Origin: Pristiophorus japonicus
Lineage: Eukaryota
Direction: 5' to 3'
NCBI RefSeq assembly: GCF_044704955.1
Contig: NC_091984.1
Span: forward strand, 145,452,001-145,516,000
Length of the DNA stretch: 64,000 bases
Numbering within the stretch: position 1 is the stretch's first letter; each line of letters begins with the position of its first letter. The translations under genes were made by a program, and so were the position numbers. Under the pieces are notes generated by a model. The model ran no database searches and was not told where the DNA came from. It saw only the letters and a list, made by a program, of their open reading frames with translations. Shown one piece after another: positions 1 to 11,521 of the stretch.

Positions 1-237
1 ATCTTGTCACCAATTGTTATGCTCATAATAAATGCTCAGACCGATTACTGCGTGTAATGAGCAAGTGTGACCTTAGCTCCTTTATTGTAGTTCCAGAGTG
101 CAGGTACCTCGTGGGTGGCCTGCTTATATACTGTACTGCCAAGGGATGCTGGGATCCCTTGGGACTCCAACAGGTAGGCCCTCTGGTGGGCAGGTGTGAT
201 GCAAGTTACAATGTTAAAAGGGGTCAAATACATAACA
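1..237 (-). mobile_element. 5' LTR (15-237) and primer-binding site of a Gypsy element that runs off the left edge of the window
   Basis: The reverse complement resembles the LTR at 57038-57245 (shared GGAGTCCCAAGGG..CCCAGCATCCCTTGG, TATATAAGCAGGCC and AATAAAGGAGCTAAGGTCA). It has TG...CA ends and is followed by TGGTGACAAGAT (PBS-like) at 1-12. Confidence 0.8.
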
Positions 238-394
238 ACAATGCTCCTGTGAAGCACTCAGGGAGTTTTACTGTGTTAAAGGTGCTGTATAAAAGTTGCT
301 GTTGTTGTTTGTTCTGAGTTAGCTGTTCCAACTGAGGTCGGGATATGACTCACAGCTCAGACTGTGCGGCATCCAGTGATGCAATGTTGTATCG

Positions 395-697
395 TGGGTT
401 CAAGCCCCACTCCAGGGACCTGAGTGCAAAATAAAGACATGCACTACTGTGCAGTCCTGAGGGAGTGCTGCAGTGTCAGAGGGGCAGTACTGAGGGAGTG
501 CTGCACTGTCAGAGGGGCAGTACTGAGGGAGTGCCACACTGTCGGAGGAGCAGTAATGAGGGAGTGCTGCACTGTCAGAGGGGCAGTACTGAGGGAGTGC
601 TATATTGTCGGAGGGGCAGTTCTGAGGGAGTGCTGCACTGTCAGAGGACAGTACTGAGGGAGTGCTGCACTGTCGGCGGGGCAGTACTGAGGGGTTG
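395..697 (+). repeat. Deu-domain SINE head with a ~33-bp tandem expansion (about 7 units)
   Basis: GTGGGTTCAAGCCCCACTCCAG (B-box-like) is followed by tandem GAGGGAGTGCTGCACTGTCAGAGGGGCAGTACT. The same motif occurs once in the SINE at 20980-21265. The 11-aa periodic ORFs here are artefacts. Confidence 0.75.
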
Positions 698-699
698 CC

Positions 700-2606
700 T
701 GTAGGTGGTTCTCTCAGCCGTACCAAAAATGCACCTCCTACTACAAGTTCTGGACGATAGGGATTATATGGATAGATGAGACTTGGACACACGTTTTTCG
801 GGTTCAACCGTATTGTGTTGAATAAGATGAACAACACCACTCATAAACAGTGCAAAATAGTACAACCCTGGCTTGTCCAATAAGCCCTGCCGTGCTAAGT
901 TAGCACAGCTTAATAAAAGGACCCTCCCATGAAATAAACGAACACAGGACCCCCCCTTGGGTTTGGTTGGGACTTACAATCACCCCCTCACACAGTTAAG
1001 TGGTCTTGTGGATGTGTAGGCGCAGGTAATATGCTCACACGGATTGCCCGTTGTCTTGCTTGCAGCTTCTTCCTGAACATCTCACTCCTGGGCTTTTTCA
1101 TGGCTTTTTCCTGGGCTTTTCTGAAGCTTTTACCTGAGCTTTTACCTGAGCTTTTTCCTGGGCTTTTTCCTGGGCTTTGTCCTGGGCTTTTTCCGGAGCG
1201 TTCTTCCTCCTGAGCTGGAGTTTGTTGCAAAGTGGCTCCTTATATCCCCAAAACTCATCACCTTTCCTCCCGCCAATACTGACCGATGGATTGACTACGG
1301 TGATTTGTCTGGATCCCCTCTCCCCGTAGAGCCTTTGATTCTTTGTGAAAAATGATGTTTTATTTTCCCGCTCCCAGACCTTGCGTCTGGAGAGACAATG
1401 GGTGCTGATTACTGGATGTCTGTCGTTTCCTGAGTTGATGGCCCCCATTAGCAGGTAATGGGTTTCGATCACAAACCGATCTTGCTTAACCGGCTTATCT
1501 CCTGGAAGACAATGGGCCGGCCATTTCCTGCCTTGCACCAGTTTGGGTTGGGACTGAGTTGTGACTGTGCTTTAATAATGCGAAGGCACAGTGTCTCTGA
1601 GTTACCTCTCGGGGTATTGTTCCCAGGAATCACTTTAGATGGTGATGACATCAATGGGCCTGGGTTCCCTGCCACCCAGCCTGTCAGTGTGAAATGTCCA
1701 GTTGGATATGAATGCAGCTTAGTGCCACCCCACAAGCTCGCCAAACAGTACAGTTCTTTCTTGTGAATCTGGATTTAAGGATTTAAAGTATTGTTGATAG
1801 AAATAGCCAGAAAGTTGGGGCTACAATCCCCCCGCTGATATTTTGTCACCAAAACCAGAAATATCTCGAATTGCGTCGTCTTCTGCTGTGGGAGGTGCAT
1901 TGTGGGTCCATTGCTGATCAATTACACCCGGGCTTCCGTTTCTTCTGATTTCCTGATTAAGACAAACATAACAACACCACCGTTCTGTGAGCGGTTTTCC
2001 CCTCCACAGGTTGGGCTTTCATTATTTACATATATATACAGTTCGTTCAGGTGTTATCGAGTGCCCCAGTTAAAATCTCTCCTGTTGGGGCATCTTGCGG
2101 CTCGCAGCCAGTGAGTAAGGAGGCGTCCACGGCGCCCTAGGCCATGGTATCCGACTGTTTCTCCTTACCGTCCCGCCCTCTGGGTCATCAGCATCGTCCC
2201 ACACCATGGGAGGAAGACCTGCGTCCACCAGGCTCATTATCATGCCCTGGTTTCTCTTTGCCTTTGTCTTCCCCCCATCGGGGTTAAACAACTTACATTG
2301 GTTGATATGGCAGCATTTTGTATGTTTCGGGAGTCTGACTGCATATCCCATGGGGCTGGCCTTATCTACGATGTTATAAGGCCCCATGTACAGTGGCTCG
2401 AATGCCCCCACTCGGGCACAGTTCCTGAACATTACCTGGTCTCCCACCTTCCACTCGTGACTTTTCCGGGGCTCGAGTAGCAACCGATGTTTCCCGGTGC
2501 TGGTTCCTCAGGTTACTGGCTGCCTGCCAGTGAATCTGTTTTCAAACATCAAACAGATTCTGGACAAACCTGTCCCGGTTTACCTCACGGTCATGAGCTC
2601 ATGTGA
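700..2606 (-). mobile_element. Retrovirus-like LTR element A, 3' portion only: integrase C-terminus, accessory region and 3' LTR (700-978)
   Basis: ORF 2070-2483 (WKVGDQVMFRN..EPLYMGPYNIVDKASPM, GPY/F integrase tail) is homologous to elements B and C. On the minus strand the PPT GAGGGGGTGAT precedes TGTAAG at 978, and the LTR ends CCTACA at 700. Confidence 0.75.
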
Positions 2607-3414
2607 TGTAGGGGGTTGGTTTTCCACGCTACTCTGATTCATAGACCTCAGGAATTACAGGAAAGACTCCACGTAATGCAAAGTTTAGGCTTAAACCCAA
2701 CTGTTATTTTGTGACACAAAAAACAGCTAAACATTACAGAACAAGACTTCTTAGAGATTGACCGAAGACATACAATCGCCCATCCAGCCAGTTGCTACTG
2801 TTGTCCATTGTCGGCTCGTGGAGCGAGGGAAGGTGTTGTGGCCCTGCTGCTGCTTCGTGGCTGTAGTTCATTGACCTGCTGGTCTGAGAAGTTTCTTCGA
2901 TCTGTTCTTCCTCTCTCTGAACCTTTGTTCTCAGCTCTTACAGATATATCCATTCGATTATACACATCTCCTGCTGGGCTGCCTTTCAGTTAATGCAGCT
3001 GGATGAGTCTCGATGGCTGTGGTGATGGGTCTGAATCTGTTCGGACGGCTACAATTCACACATGGAATCAACGGGGCAAAAGATAACTGCTTATCTTTTG
3101 AGCCCCGTTATCCAAGAATGCACGCCTTGTGGGATCCTTTATTGTCCTGGGTTTTTGCAGACTTGGAGTCTCCAGAGGGAACTGGTTTTCCCCTCCGGCC
3201 AATGGGCTCCTCTGCTTGATTGTATCAAACCCTTTGTCTCGATGTTAATCGGGTCTCGCTGCTGACCCCAGAAATCACATTAATCAGTGATCAGTCACCA
3301 CCTGCCCCAGGCTGGTGCTCTTTCTCCTGCCCAACAATCCCAAAGGTTTTCTTTTAAGCCATTTTAGTCCATGGCTCTTGCTGTACATCGATCATGAAAC
3401 ATATAACCTTTACA
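2607..3414 (-). repeat. 3' LTR of element B (~808 bp)
   Basis: The minus strand reads PPT AAAGGGGGAAG then TGTA at 3414, and ends CCTACA at 2607. It is homologous to 11187-11520. Confidence 0.8.
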
Positions 3415-3659
3415 CTTCCCCCTTTAATATGTCTTGTTATAAACTCAGAGATATTACACTAGGTGGCATCTTCTTCTTTCCATTGAGCTCTTTTGGGTGT
3501 ATTGCAGTCTTCAGTCAAATCTCCATATTACATACCTTTTACAACAAAACAATGTTTGGCCTTAATCCATCTGACTTCAGTTTTTATTTTTACAAACACT
3601 TTTGCCTTGGTTGATTTTAATAACCCTTCAAGATTCCCTTCCCTCATCTTTTGCTTTAA

Positions 3660-4728
3660 TTAACAGGACAAGACGAATAGATACAACACTATTACCAACT
3701 GTACAATTACTAACAAGTGTGATACAATTCGAACCCAGGAGGGGATCTCAATATTGAGTCCCACATCCCACTGTGGAGGGGCAATCATTTCTTCAATTTC
3801 CGCCCTTACTTTTTCGTTCTTTTGGTGTAACATGTAATAATGTTTCTGGGACAACTCGATGTTCTTTAACAGTTCAGTCAAATATTCGGGTCACGGTGGG
3901 ATATAGTATCCAACACGCGATATGTATCCCTGGAGGTTCGTAACGTATCATTGACTGTAATACGGATATGTTTGTGGTCTGAGATAGGAATTATTCTTTC
4001 TTGTGCTACTTGTGCCTCTACCTGGGGTTTGAAACAAAAGGATGAATCTTTCAGCATTTTAGGGAGAGGTTTTAATCTGCTTGCTATCAGTTCGGTCGCA
4101 TTTACTGCCTTTGGTCAAGATCACACAGGAATCAAAACCCTGCGTCCAATTCATTCCTGACCCGGAATCCTGCCATTGTCATTTAAAAACAATCCCCACA
4201 CCTCCCCTGCACTTGTGGCTAGATCCAACCACACAGACATAAATCCCTTGTTCCTCCTTCCACCACTTTTCCCAACACTATTTCGCCCCTTCTCTTGTTC
4301 CTGTGGTCCGCCTGTTTGAGTTATTACCCAGTTTCTCCCATTCTGTGGATGCATTAACTTTTCCCCTGTCTGTTTTCTGTAACCACCACCACCCTCCCAT
4401 GGGGGTAATCCCTTTACATTCCAGACAAACTCGTCTCCCCTCTCTCACCCGTACATTCCTGGCCGTGATGCCTGGGGCAGGACACTGACACCTCCCCAAG
4501 TTTACCCTTGGTTTGTCTGGAGTACTTGGTCGAATTTGACCCTAACCACCCTGGCCAGCTCCCAGTGTGAGCATAGGCGTTTGTGCCCTTGTTGCTCCGT
4601 ATGGCTCCCCCTTGAGTTACAGTGGGACCGGTTCCTCCCATACACCCATGTGTAAGGAATGTCTCGGTGTCTCCCCGATCTCCCAATCCTTTAATAATAA
4701 TGGCCATCCACAGGCCTATCCACAACAT
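3660..4728 (-). pseudogene. env-like type I membrane protein of element B (frameshifted)
   Basis: Lies between the integrase and the PPT. ATG at 4728 starts a hydrophobic signal-like MLWIGLWMAIIIKGLG. The C-terminal piece has a heptad-like helix (LTELLKNIELSQKHYYMLHQKNEKVRAEIEEM), Trp residues and a TM segment (IVSHLLVIVQLVIVLYLFVLSC). Confidence 0.6.
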
Positions 4729-4950
4729 CCACCTCCTCTCGTACCCTTGGCTCGATTCGCTCCTATAAAGACAAAAATGAAAGAAATACCTTTGCTCTGT
4801 GGGGCCTCCCCCTCACAGGTCCTCCTTCAGTTATTCACAAATGTACATAACTCCTTTTTACAATCACTGCTTCCCTCTCCTTTTATCCCGATGCTTGGGC
4901 TTACGGAGGCTCGGGGGTGGAGATGGAGGAGGTGTCCAGGGCACCCTAGG

Positions 4951-7900
4951 TCACAGTACCTGACCACTCCACCTTACTGCTCCGTCCCTTACTTCTCCAT
5001 CCTCATCATCCCACAGTATTGGTGGGAGGCTGACACTGATCAAACTCATTATTGTTCCTGGGGCCTTCGCCCGCTTTTTACTTTTCTCTCCGGGGTTGTA
5101 CAGCTTACACTGGTTTATATGGAACCATTTTATATGTTTTGGCAGCTGGATCGCGTACACCATAGGGCTTGCCTTGTCTACAATGCTATATGATCCTTTG
5201 TACAATGGTTCAAATGTCGCTATTCTGGTATAATTCCTGACCATTACCTGATCCCCTACCCTCCATTCCTGTGTAACCCGGAGTTCCAGCAGCAGTTTAT
5301 CCTGCTGGTGCTCGCTGCCCATATTGTTAGCTGTTTCCCAATGCAGCCCCTTCAGAGTATCATACAGATCTGGCAAACATGTCCTGTGTGACCTCTTTAA
5401 CCTGCGTTTCAGTCAGGACTGGTGCTAGGATATGAGTCGGGATCCTCATTAGTCTCCCTGTCATCATCGCATGTGGGGAGTGTCCCGTACTCTTAGAGAG
5501 ACTGGCTCGGTGGCTCATCAGTATTAGGGGTAGGGTCTCATTCCATTTCTTCAGGGTATTTCCTATCTCCTTCCTAAGCCTCTCTTTTAAGGTCCGGTTT
5601 GTCCTCGACTGGATCTAACGATTGGGGGTTATACGCCACATGAAATTTCCCCTGTATCCCTAACAGCTTTAGGGTGGCCTGCATTACTGCTCCGGTGAAA
5701 TGACTCCCTTGATCTGATTCCACTATCAGGGGCAGTCCCCATTGAGAAAATACTTCTCGCACCAGAATCTTTGCTGTGACTATCGCGGTGGCCCCGACAT
5801 GGAAAAGCTTCAACCCATTTTGTAAAGAGATGTATTAACACCAAGCACTATTTATTGCCTCTGCCTGAGGTGGGCAGTGGCCCAATGGAATCTATCTGTA
5901 TAGATTGCCATGGCCCCTCTACCCTCCTCGTGTGTCCCAACGGAGCCTTCCTCGGTGGGGGTGTGGATTGTTTGTGGCACATACCAGACAATTCTGGCAA
6001 TAATCCCTGACATCACTTCTAAGCCCGGGCCACCATCCCACGGCTTCTACTTTGTTCCACATTGTTTCTGGCCCTGGATGTCCAGCTCCTGGACCCACAT
6101 GCACCAGCTGCAAGAATTCTTCCCTGCACTGCCCTGGCACGCTCCAACTATCTCCATTGAACAACATTCCTTGCTTTACTGCTATGTCTGCAACTCCCAA
6201 AGGTCCCACTGCAGACTTCGCGTCTATTTTGTCCCTAATCGCTGCTCTAAGGTCTGCATCCCGTAGCTGAGCCTGTTTTAAATCAGGCGGCAATGGGACT
6301 TCTTTGGGCCCCTCGCTGCCTGTTACAGCCATGATCTCTCCACAGTGACATGGGTCCCAAGGTGTCCCTTCTCCTGCCCCTGTTTTAGCCAGCGTGTCTG
6401 CTTTCTCATTGCCTTCCCACTTGGACTCTGTCTTAGATTGTGCTTTGACCTTTTGGATGTAGTCACCCTTCTGGTCCGTACCCTTGACGTCCAAAATGAC
6501 TTTTAACAACGGAACCATCACCAACCATTTTCCGTTTGAGGGCTTAAACTATTGCCTCGCCAATATGGCTAAATACTCTGTACAGGAGTTAGAAATGAAC
6601 ATGGAGTCTGAACATATCGTATAGGGAGTTGGGAATTCGTTCGGGTGTGTGACTACATACGCTACCGCTACTAGCTCGGTCTGCTGAGTACTCAAAGTGT
6701 TGGGGATTATATGGCTTTCTCTGTCACTGACTCTGGATCGTAAATCCCACAGCCTGTCTTTCTCTCTCTGTTTATTACTGAACTGGACCCATCTACACAG
6801 ATGTCCCTGCCTGCCGGGTGTTCTCCTGCTCAGAACACTGAACACACATGAGCTGCCCCCGGATAAACCAGGCTCGGGGCTAGCTTTGGTTCTCCTGGCC
6901 TCTCGACCTTCAGGTCTAACTGAGTAAGCAACAATGTCCAGCGGGCAATCCTGTTACTGCTCACTGTCCCATCTTTCATTCTACCGTCCAGTAGCATTTG
7001 TGTCATTGTGTGACAGGTCAGTAAAGTTACTGTAGCTAACCCTGTGAGCGACCGAAAATGCTTCACTGCCCAAAATATTACTAACAGATGTCGTTCGCAA
7101 TTCGAAAAGCTCTTTTCTACTTCGGTGAGAACTCGGGAGGCGTAGGCCACTGGTCTCAGCTTGCTGTGTCGCTCCTGGAGTAACACTGCACTCAAACTGT
7201 CCCCAGTCATTGCTACCTCCAGACTAAAGTCCTGGTCCCCATTTACTGCTCCCGATGCTGGTGCTGTCTGTAACACCTCTTTTAACCAAATGAAAGTTTC
7301 CTGACAAGTCTCACTCCATTCCCACTCTACTCCTTTCCTAAGAAGCATCAACAAAGGAGCTGCCATGGTTATATATCCCTCTATGAATTCCCTGCAGTGA
7401 CCCGTTATTCCCAGAAAGACCTTATTCCAGACACGTCCTTAGGAACAGATAGTTCCTGGACTGACTTTCTCTTAGCTCCATCTATGGCCCTTTCTCCTGC
7501 CCTAATGGTCAAACCTGGAAACTGCACCTCCTCTTTGCCTATTTGAGCTCTCTGGGGATTTACTTTAAAACCTGCTTCTTTCAACAAATGCAGTAACTCA
7601 CTCAATAATGGCCCGTGGTCCCCCGCACTTTCGGAGAATAACAACAGGTCGTCCACATATTGGACCAACCGGTCTGGCTGACTAAAACCGTTTAATGCCT
7701 CGGCCATACTTTGGTGAAAGTTCGAGGGACTGTTGTGAAACCCTTGTGGAAGACATGTCCACATATACTGCTGACCTTTAAAGGTAAAGGTAGATTTATA
7801 CTGGTCCTCCCGTCTCAGGGGAATGGACCAAAACCCGTTTGAAATGTCCAGCACTGTGAAAGTTGTTATGGCCGCAGGGATACTCCCGATCAAATCCGCT

Positions 7901-8700
7901 ACCACTGCTACCGTGGGCGCACAGGCTGGAATATTTTTATTCAGGATTCGGTCATCTACCGTGGCCCTCCATGAGTTATCGGGCTTCTTTACTGGTCATA
8001 GGGGTGAGTTTACATGTGTGGCTATGGTCCTCAGCACACCTTGATCCACCAGGGAATTTATAGCAGTTTCCAAATCCCTTTCTGCTTCCCGGGGAAAATT
8101 ATACTGTTTCTGGGGTCGTGTCATCGAATCCCCATCTATCTTCACCTCTACCCTAGATACTATCCCGCAATCGGGCTTGTGCATTGCAAACGCATCTATA
8201 TTCTCCCGTACATACCCTTGATACTGGGCCGGAATGTTATCGACTAATCCTTCTAAATCATAACTCCCTTTCGGTTTCATCGTGCAGGTGCTGCCTTTGT
8301 CTGCACTGTCGCTGGGAATCACTACGATCTCTCCCATCTTATCTGCATCAACTGCCCGCCATAGACAATTGTTTTCCATACCCACTAAGGTGTGGTGTGC
8401 CAACATGTAGTCGGCCCCGAGAACTCCCAAACCGGGCTGTTCCCACTTCATTAAAATGCCCTCCCATTTCGTTATGTTCGGTCCTAACTCTACGGTTAAG
8501 GGTTTCCACACTGCCCCAGCCTGCTCATTACCCGTAAAACCCACCAGTGTAAATGGGACTCAGCTCGACCACGCGGAAGTGGTCAGATTCGGTGAGTGGA
8601 CAACCGTGCTAGAGGCTCCTGTATCTACTAGATCCCTTCTCCTAACTGTTTCCACCTTCACATCCACACATGGCCTGCCCCACCCATCATATATGAGCAG
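4951..8700 (-). pseudogene. pol of element B (PR-RT-tether-RNase H-IN), multiple frameshifts and stops
   Basis: Motifs: LVDTGAS; RPQKQYNFP; LDISNGFW; LPQGFHNSP; QYVDDLL; FSLEVAMTG (degenerate RH); ICSDS; GNEKADTLAK; HVGPGAGHPG..CQNCLVC; VESDQG. Confidence 0.9.
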
Positions 8701-8749
8701 ACACAGGTATTCTGGCTGGGCACACCGTCACAGTGGGGGTGCCGACACA

Positions 8750-10325
8750 TTGGGTCCCTTTTCTCCCACTGCTGCGTCCAGCTTTCCTCCACCTGTGCCC
8801 ATAACCTGCTGTAATGTGGCCACTAAAACCTGCACTGGGTCGTCGGCTACCTTCTTCTGGCCTTTTCCTGCCTCAGCACCTCGTACCCTGGCTTCCCTCC
8901 TTTAGAGAGCCTACAATCCTTGCTCCAGTGTCCCAACTTCCCACAGTTAAAACATTCACCTTCAGATCGACCCGCATTACCTCCCTCTTGTCTCCATTCT
9001 TTCTATGGCCTAACCTCTCCTTTTACTTCGTGTACCTTCCCGTTTAGTTTCTCCTCCTCCCCTTGCCTAGACTTAAAGCTAGAGTTAATCTTCTCAGCAC
9101 CCCTGCCTCTGTATTCTGGAGATGGTCTGGGTCAAACCATACTTCGACCTTTGCTCTGAGCCGTGGCAAACTGTTACCATTACGGTTCTCAGCCAATGGT
9201 CCCTGGGTTCCCCTATTAAATCTGCCCGTACCAGATTTCCTCCAGCGGCCCTGAAATAAATCGCCTACAGTCTGCAAACGTATCGGGCGATTCGTTTACT
9301 TGCTGCCTAGTCTGTTCTACCTGCCAGAACGGACTACCCTGACTGTACCCGAGCACTGCCATCATTTGCTCCTTTAAGCCCTGTGGGGTTCCTGCACCTA
9401 ACTTGGTGGCTGTCGACAAGCTCTGATAAAGCTTCCCCTCCAGCGAGAGCAGTGTCAGCTTCACTTTCTCCTCCTCGCTGCAGTTATTGATACCCTCTAT
9501 CTGCTCTATATTAGTAAAATGAACAGAGGCATCTCCTCCTTGCTTTAACTGTACTACACCCGTCAGCATCTCCTGCAGCTGAAGCGGTGTGTATGGGATC
9601 ACTAGTCGCTCTGTAATGGTGCCGGACCACCATTTGGGGGGGGTGGGCTGAATTTCTGCTGTCTCAAAGGACACATAGGTTTCGGGGGTCCCGGTGCCTC
9701 GGGAGCCGGCCGATGCTCGCTATACTCGGGCCCATAATCTGACTCTTTCTCCTCTGGATCCCAACCTTCCTCGCCTGTTCCGGGTGCCCTGAGACAAACC
9801 ATCCCTTTGGCCCCGTCTAACTCTGCCGTTAATTGGTGGATCTTTTCCTTACAAGGTCCGTGATCTGTTCTCGCGTAACCCTGTTTCTGAGCTACCTGAT
9901 AGGCTATCGACTCTCCTGAGCTGGTCCTCTGCCTCTTTGGCTCTTTCTAAATGCCTTTCACTTTGTTCAATGTGGATCTGCTGCTGCTTTTTGCAGTCGG
10001 TCACCTGGCATTGTAAATACTCAAAGTGATTCCACGCCGTTTCTTCCTTCCTACCCTGGTCCTGCCTTTCCTTCTCCACACTGCCTACCTCGCCCTTTAA
10101 CCCTTTATTCTCCTTCTCCAGCTTTCCTACCCTTTCTCTCAACAGTTGTGTCTGCTTCTGCAGGCACATGAGCCAAACCTCCTTCTCTTTTGACCCTTTG
10201 TGGTTACTACTGACTGTCCACTCTGCCGCATTTTCCTGCGGATCCCCAGAGTGCAGCATTTCCTGTGCCCATGGCACTGAAATGTCCAATTTGTTGCCTA
10301 TATATGCAGCTACCTTAGCCTCCAT
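8750..10325 (-). pseudogene. gag of element B (coiled-coil N-terminus, capsid-like region, CCHC knuckle)
   Basis: ORFs 9849-10325 and 9216-9674 are homologous to the gag of element C. CFNCGKLGHWSKDC occurs at ~8914-8955. Confidence 0.8.
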
Positions 10326-10419
10326 GGACTTCCTACAACTGCTCTAGCCGCGGACTCTGCCATGTTTTGCTGCGCTGAGTCCATTCCACTGCCTCTGGCT
10401 GAGAAATTCTCCCTGACTA

Positions 10420-11075
10420 CCTTGGTGTCCCCTGAGACCACCTCGCAGTGACCTGTGGTTCCTGTTACTCTGGCTTCTCTCTGTGGCTACCCTAGTCGAC
10501 CCGAGACTACTCCGGCCTGTCAGAGACTTTCTCTCCTGGTCCCCTAGTCGCCCTTGAGATCACCCTTGGCCTCCCTGAGACTATCAGAGATGACTATTGG
10601 CTTTGCTCTGTGACTACCCCAGTCAACCGAGATTATTCCAGCCTATCCGAGACTGTTTCTCTCCTCAGGCTGCCCTGGCCGCCCGTGAGATTATCCCTGG
10701 CCTCCCTGAGACCCCTGCGCAGACTACTTGTAATTACTTCTCCCGGTGGCTGCCCTAGTCAGCCGGAGCTCTTTGGCTACCCTGGTCCCCCTTGAGATTC
10801 CCTTGGTCTCCCTGAGACCCCTTCGCAGACTACCTGCGGCTTTCTCGGTGGCTACTTTAGTCAACCCGGGATTACTCCAGCCTACTCAAGACTGTTTCCT
10901 TCCTCTGCTGGCTGCCCTAGCTGCCCTTGAGAGTACAATGGTCTCCCTCAGACCACTGCGCAACTACCTGAGACTTCTTTTCTCAGTGGCTACCCTAATC
11001 GACAGAGACGACTCAAGCCTATCAGACCCTGTTACTCTCCTTGTCGCCCTAGCCGCCCTTGAGAAGATCCTTTTC
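10420..11075. repeat. Degenerate ~105-140 bp tandem repeats in the leader of element B
   Basis: GGCTACCCTAGTC..GAGACTACTCC..GCCCTTGAGA..CTCCCTGAGAC recurs at ~10487, 10614, 10749, 10852 and 10990. Confidence 0.7.
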
Positions 11076-11163
11076 GACTACCTTATCCGACCTTAGATGT
11101 AACCAAGCTTCCCTCGGGGTTTTTGCTCTGGTATGTGTCCGTGATACTATACCCAAAGCCGAG

Positions 11164-11181
11164 GTCCTGCCGCAGTCACCA
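11164..11181 (-). promoter_or_regulatory. Primer-binding site, tRNA-Arg type
   Basis: Minus-strand TGGTGACTGCGGCAGGAC lies 5 nt after the LTR end. It matches 16/18 with the complement of the vertebrate tRNA-Arg 3' end GTCCTGCCGCGGTCGCCA (recalled), and both differences are CpG-type transitions. Confidence 0.75.
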
Positions 11182-11186
11182 ATTTC

Positions 11187-11520
11187 TGTAGGTTGTTTGT
11201 TTTTCACTCTACTCTGATTCTTAGACCTGGGAACTTATAGTGGACAAGGACAACACGTGGCACAACATTTAGGCTTCACCCAGTGTCAGTTTTATTATGC
11301 ATAAAAACCGTCGAAAACTACAGGACTAGACTTCTGAGAGAAATCGACTGAAATCATACAATTGCCCTTCCTGGCTGTAGCTATTGTCGGTTCGTGGTCA
11401 TTGGTTCCGTGACCGGTTGGTTCTTTTTGTGGCCGTTCTCTGCAGTGCTGTTCCTTCTGTGTATGTTCTGTACAACATGTCTTTCCGTTCGTTCATCTGT
11501 TCGTTCTTTCATCAGAACTG
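11187..11520 (-). repeat. Truncated 5' LTR of element B
   Basis: Homologous to, but clearly diverged from, 2607-2940. It ends abruptly at the Harbinger transposase. Confidence 0.7.
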
Positions 11521-11521
11521 A

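Larger units (their letters stand above)
2607..11520 (-). mobile_element. Retrovirus-like LTR element B (gag-pol-env-like, decayed), inserted in the integrase of element A
   Basis: Order on the minus strand: truncated 5' LTR, PBS, repetitive leader, gag with CCHC, protease, RT, tether, RNase H, integrase, membrane-protein ORF, PPT and 3' LTR. Confidence 0.9.
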
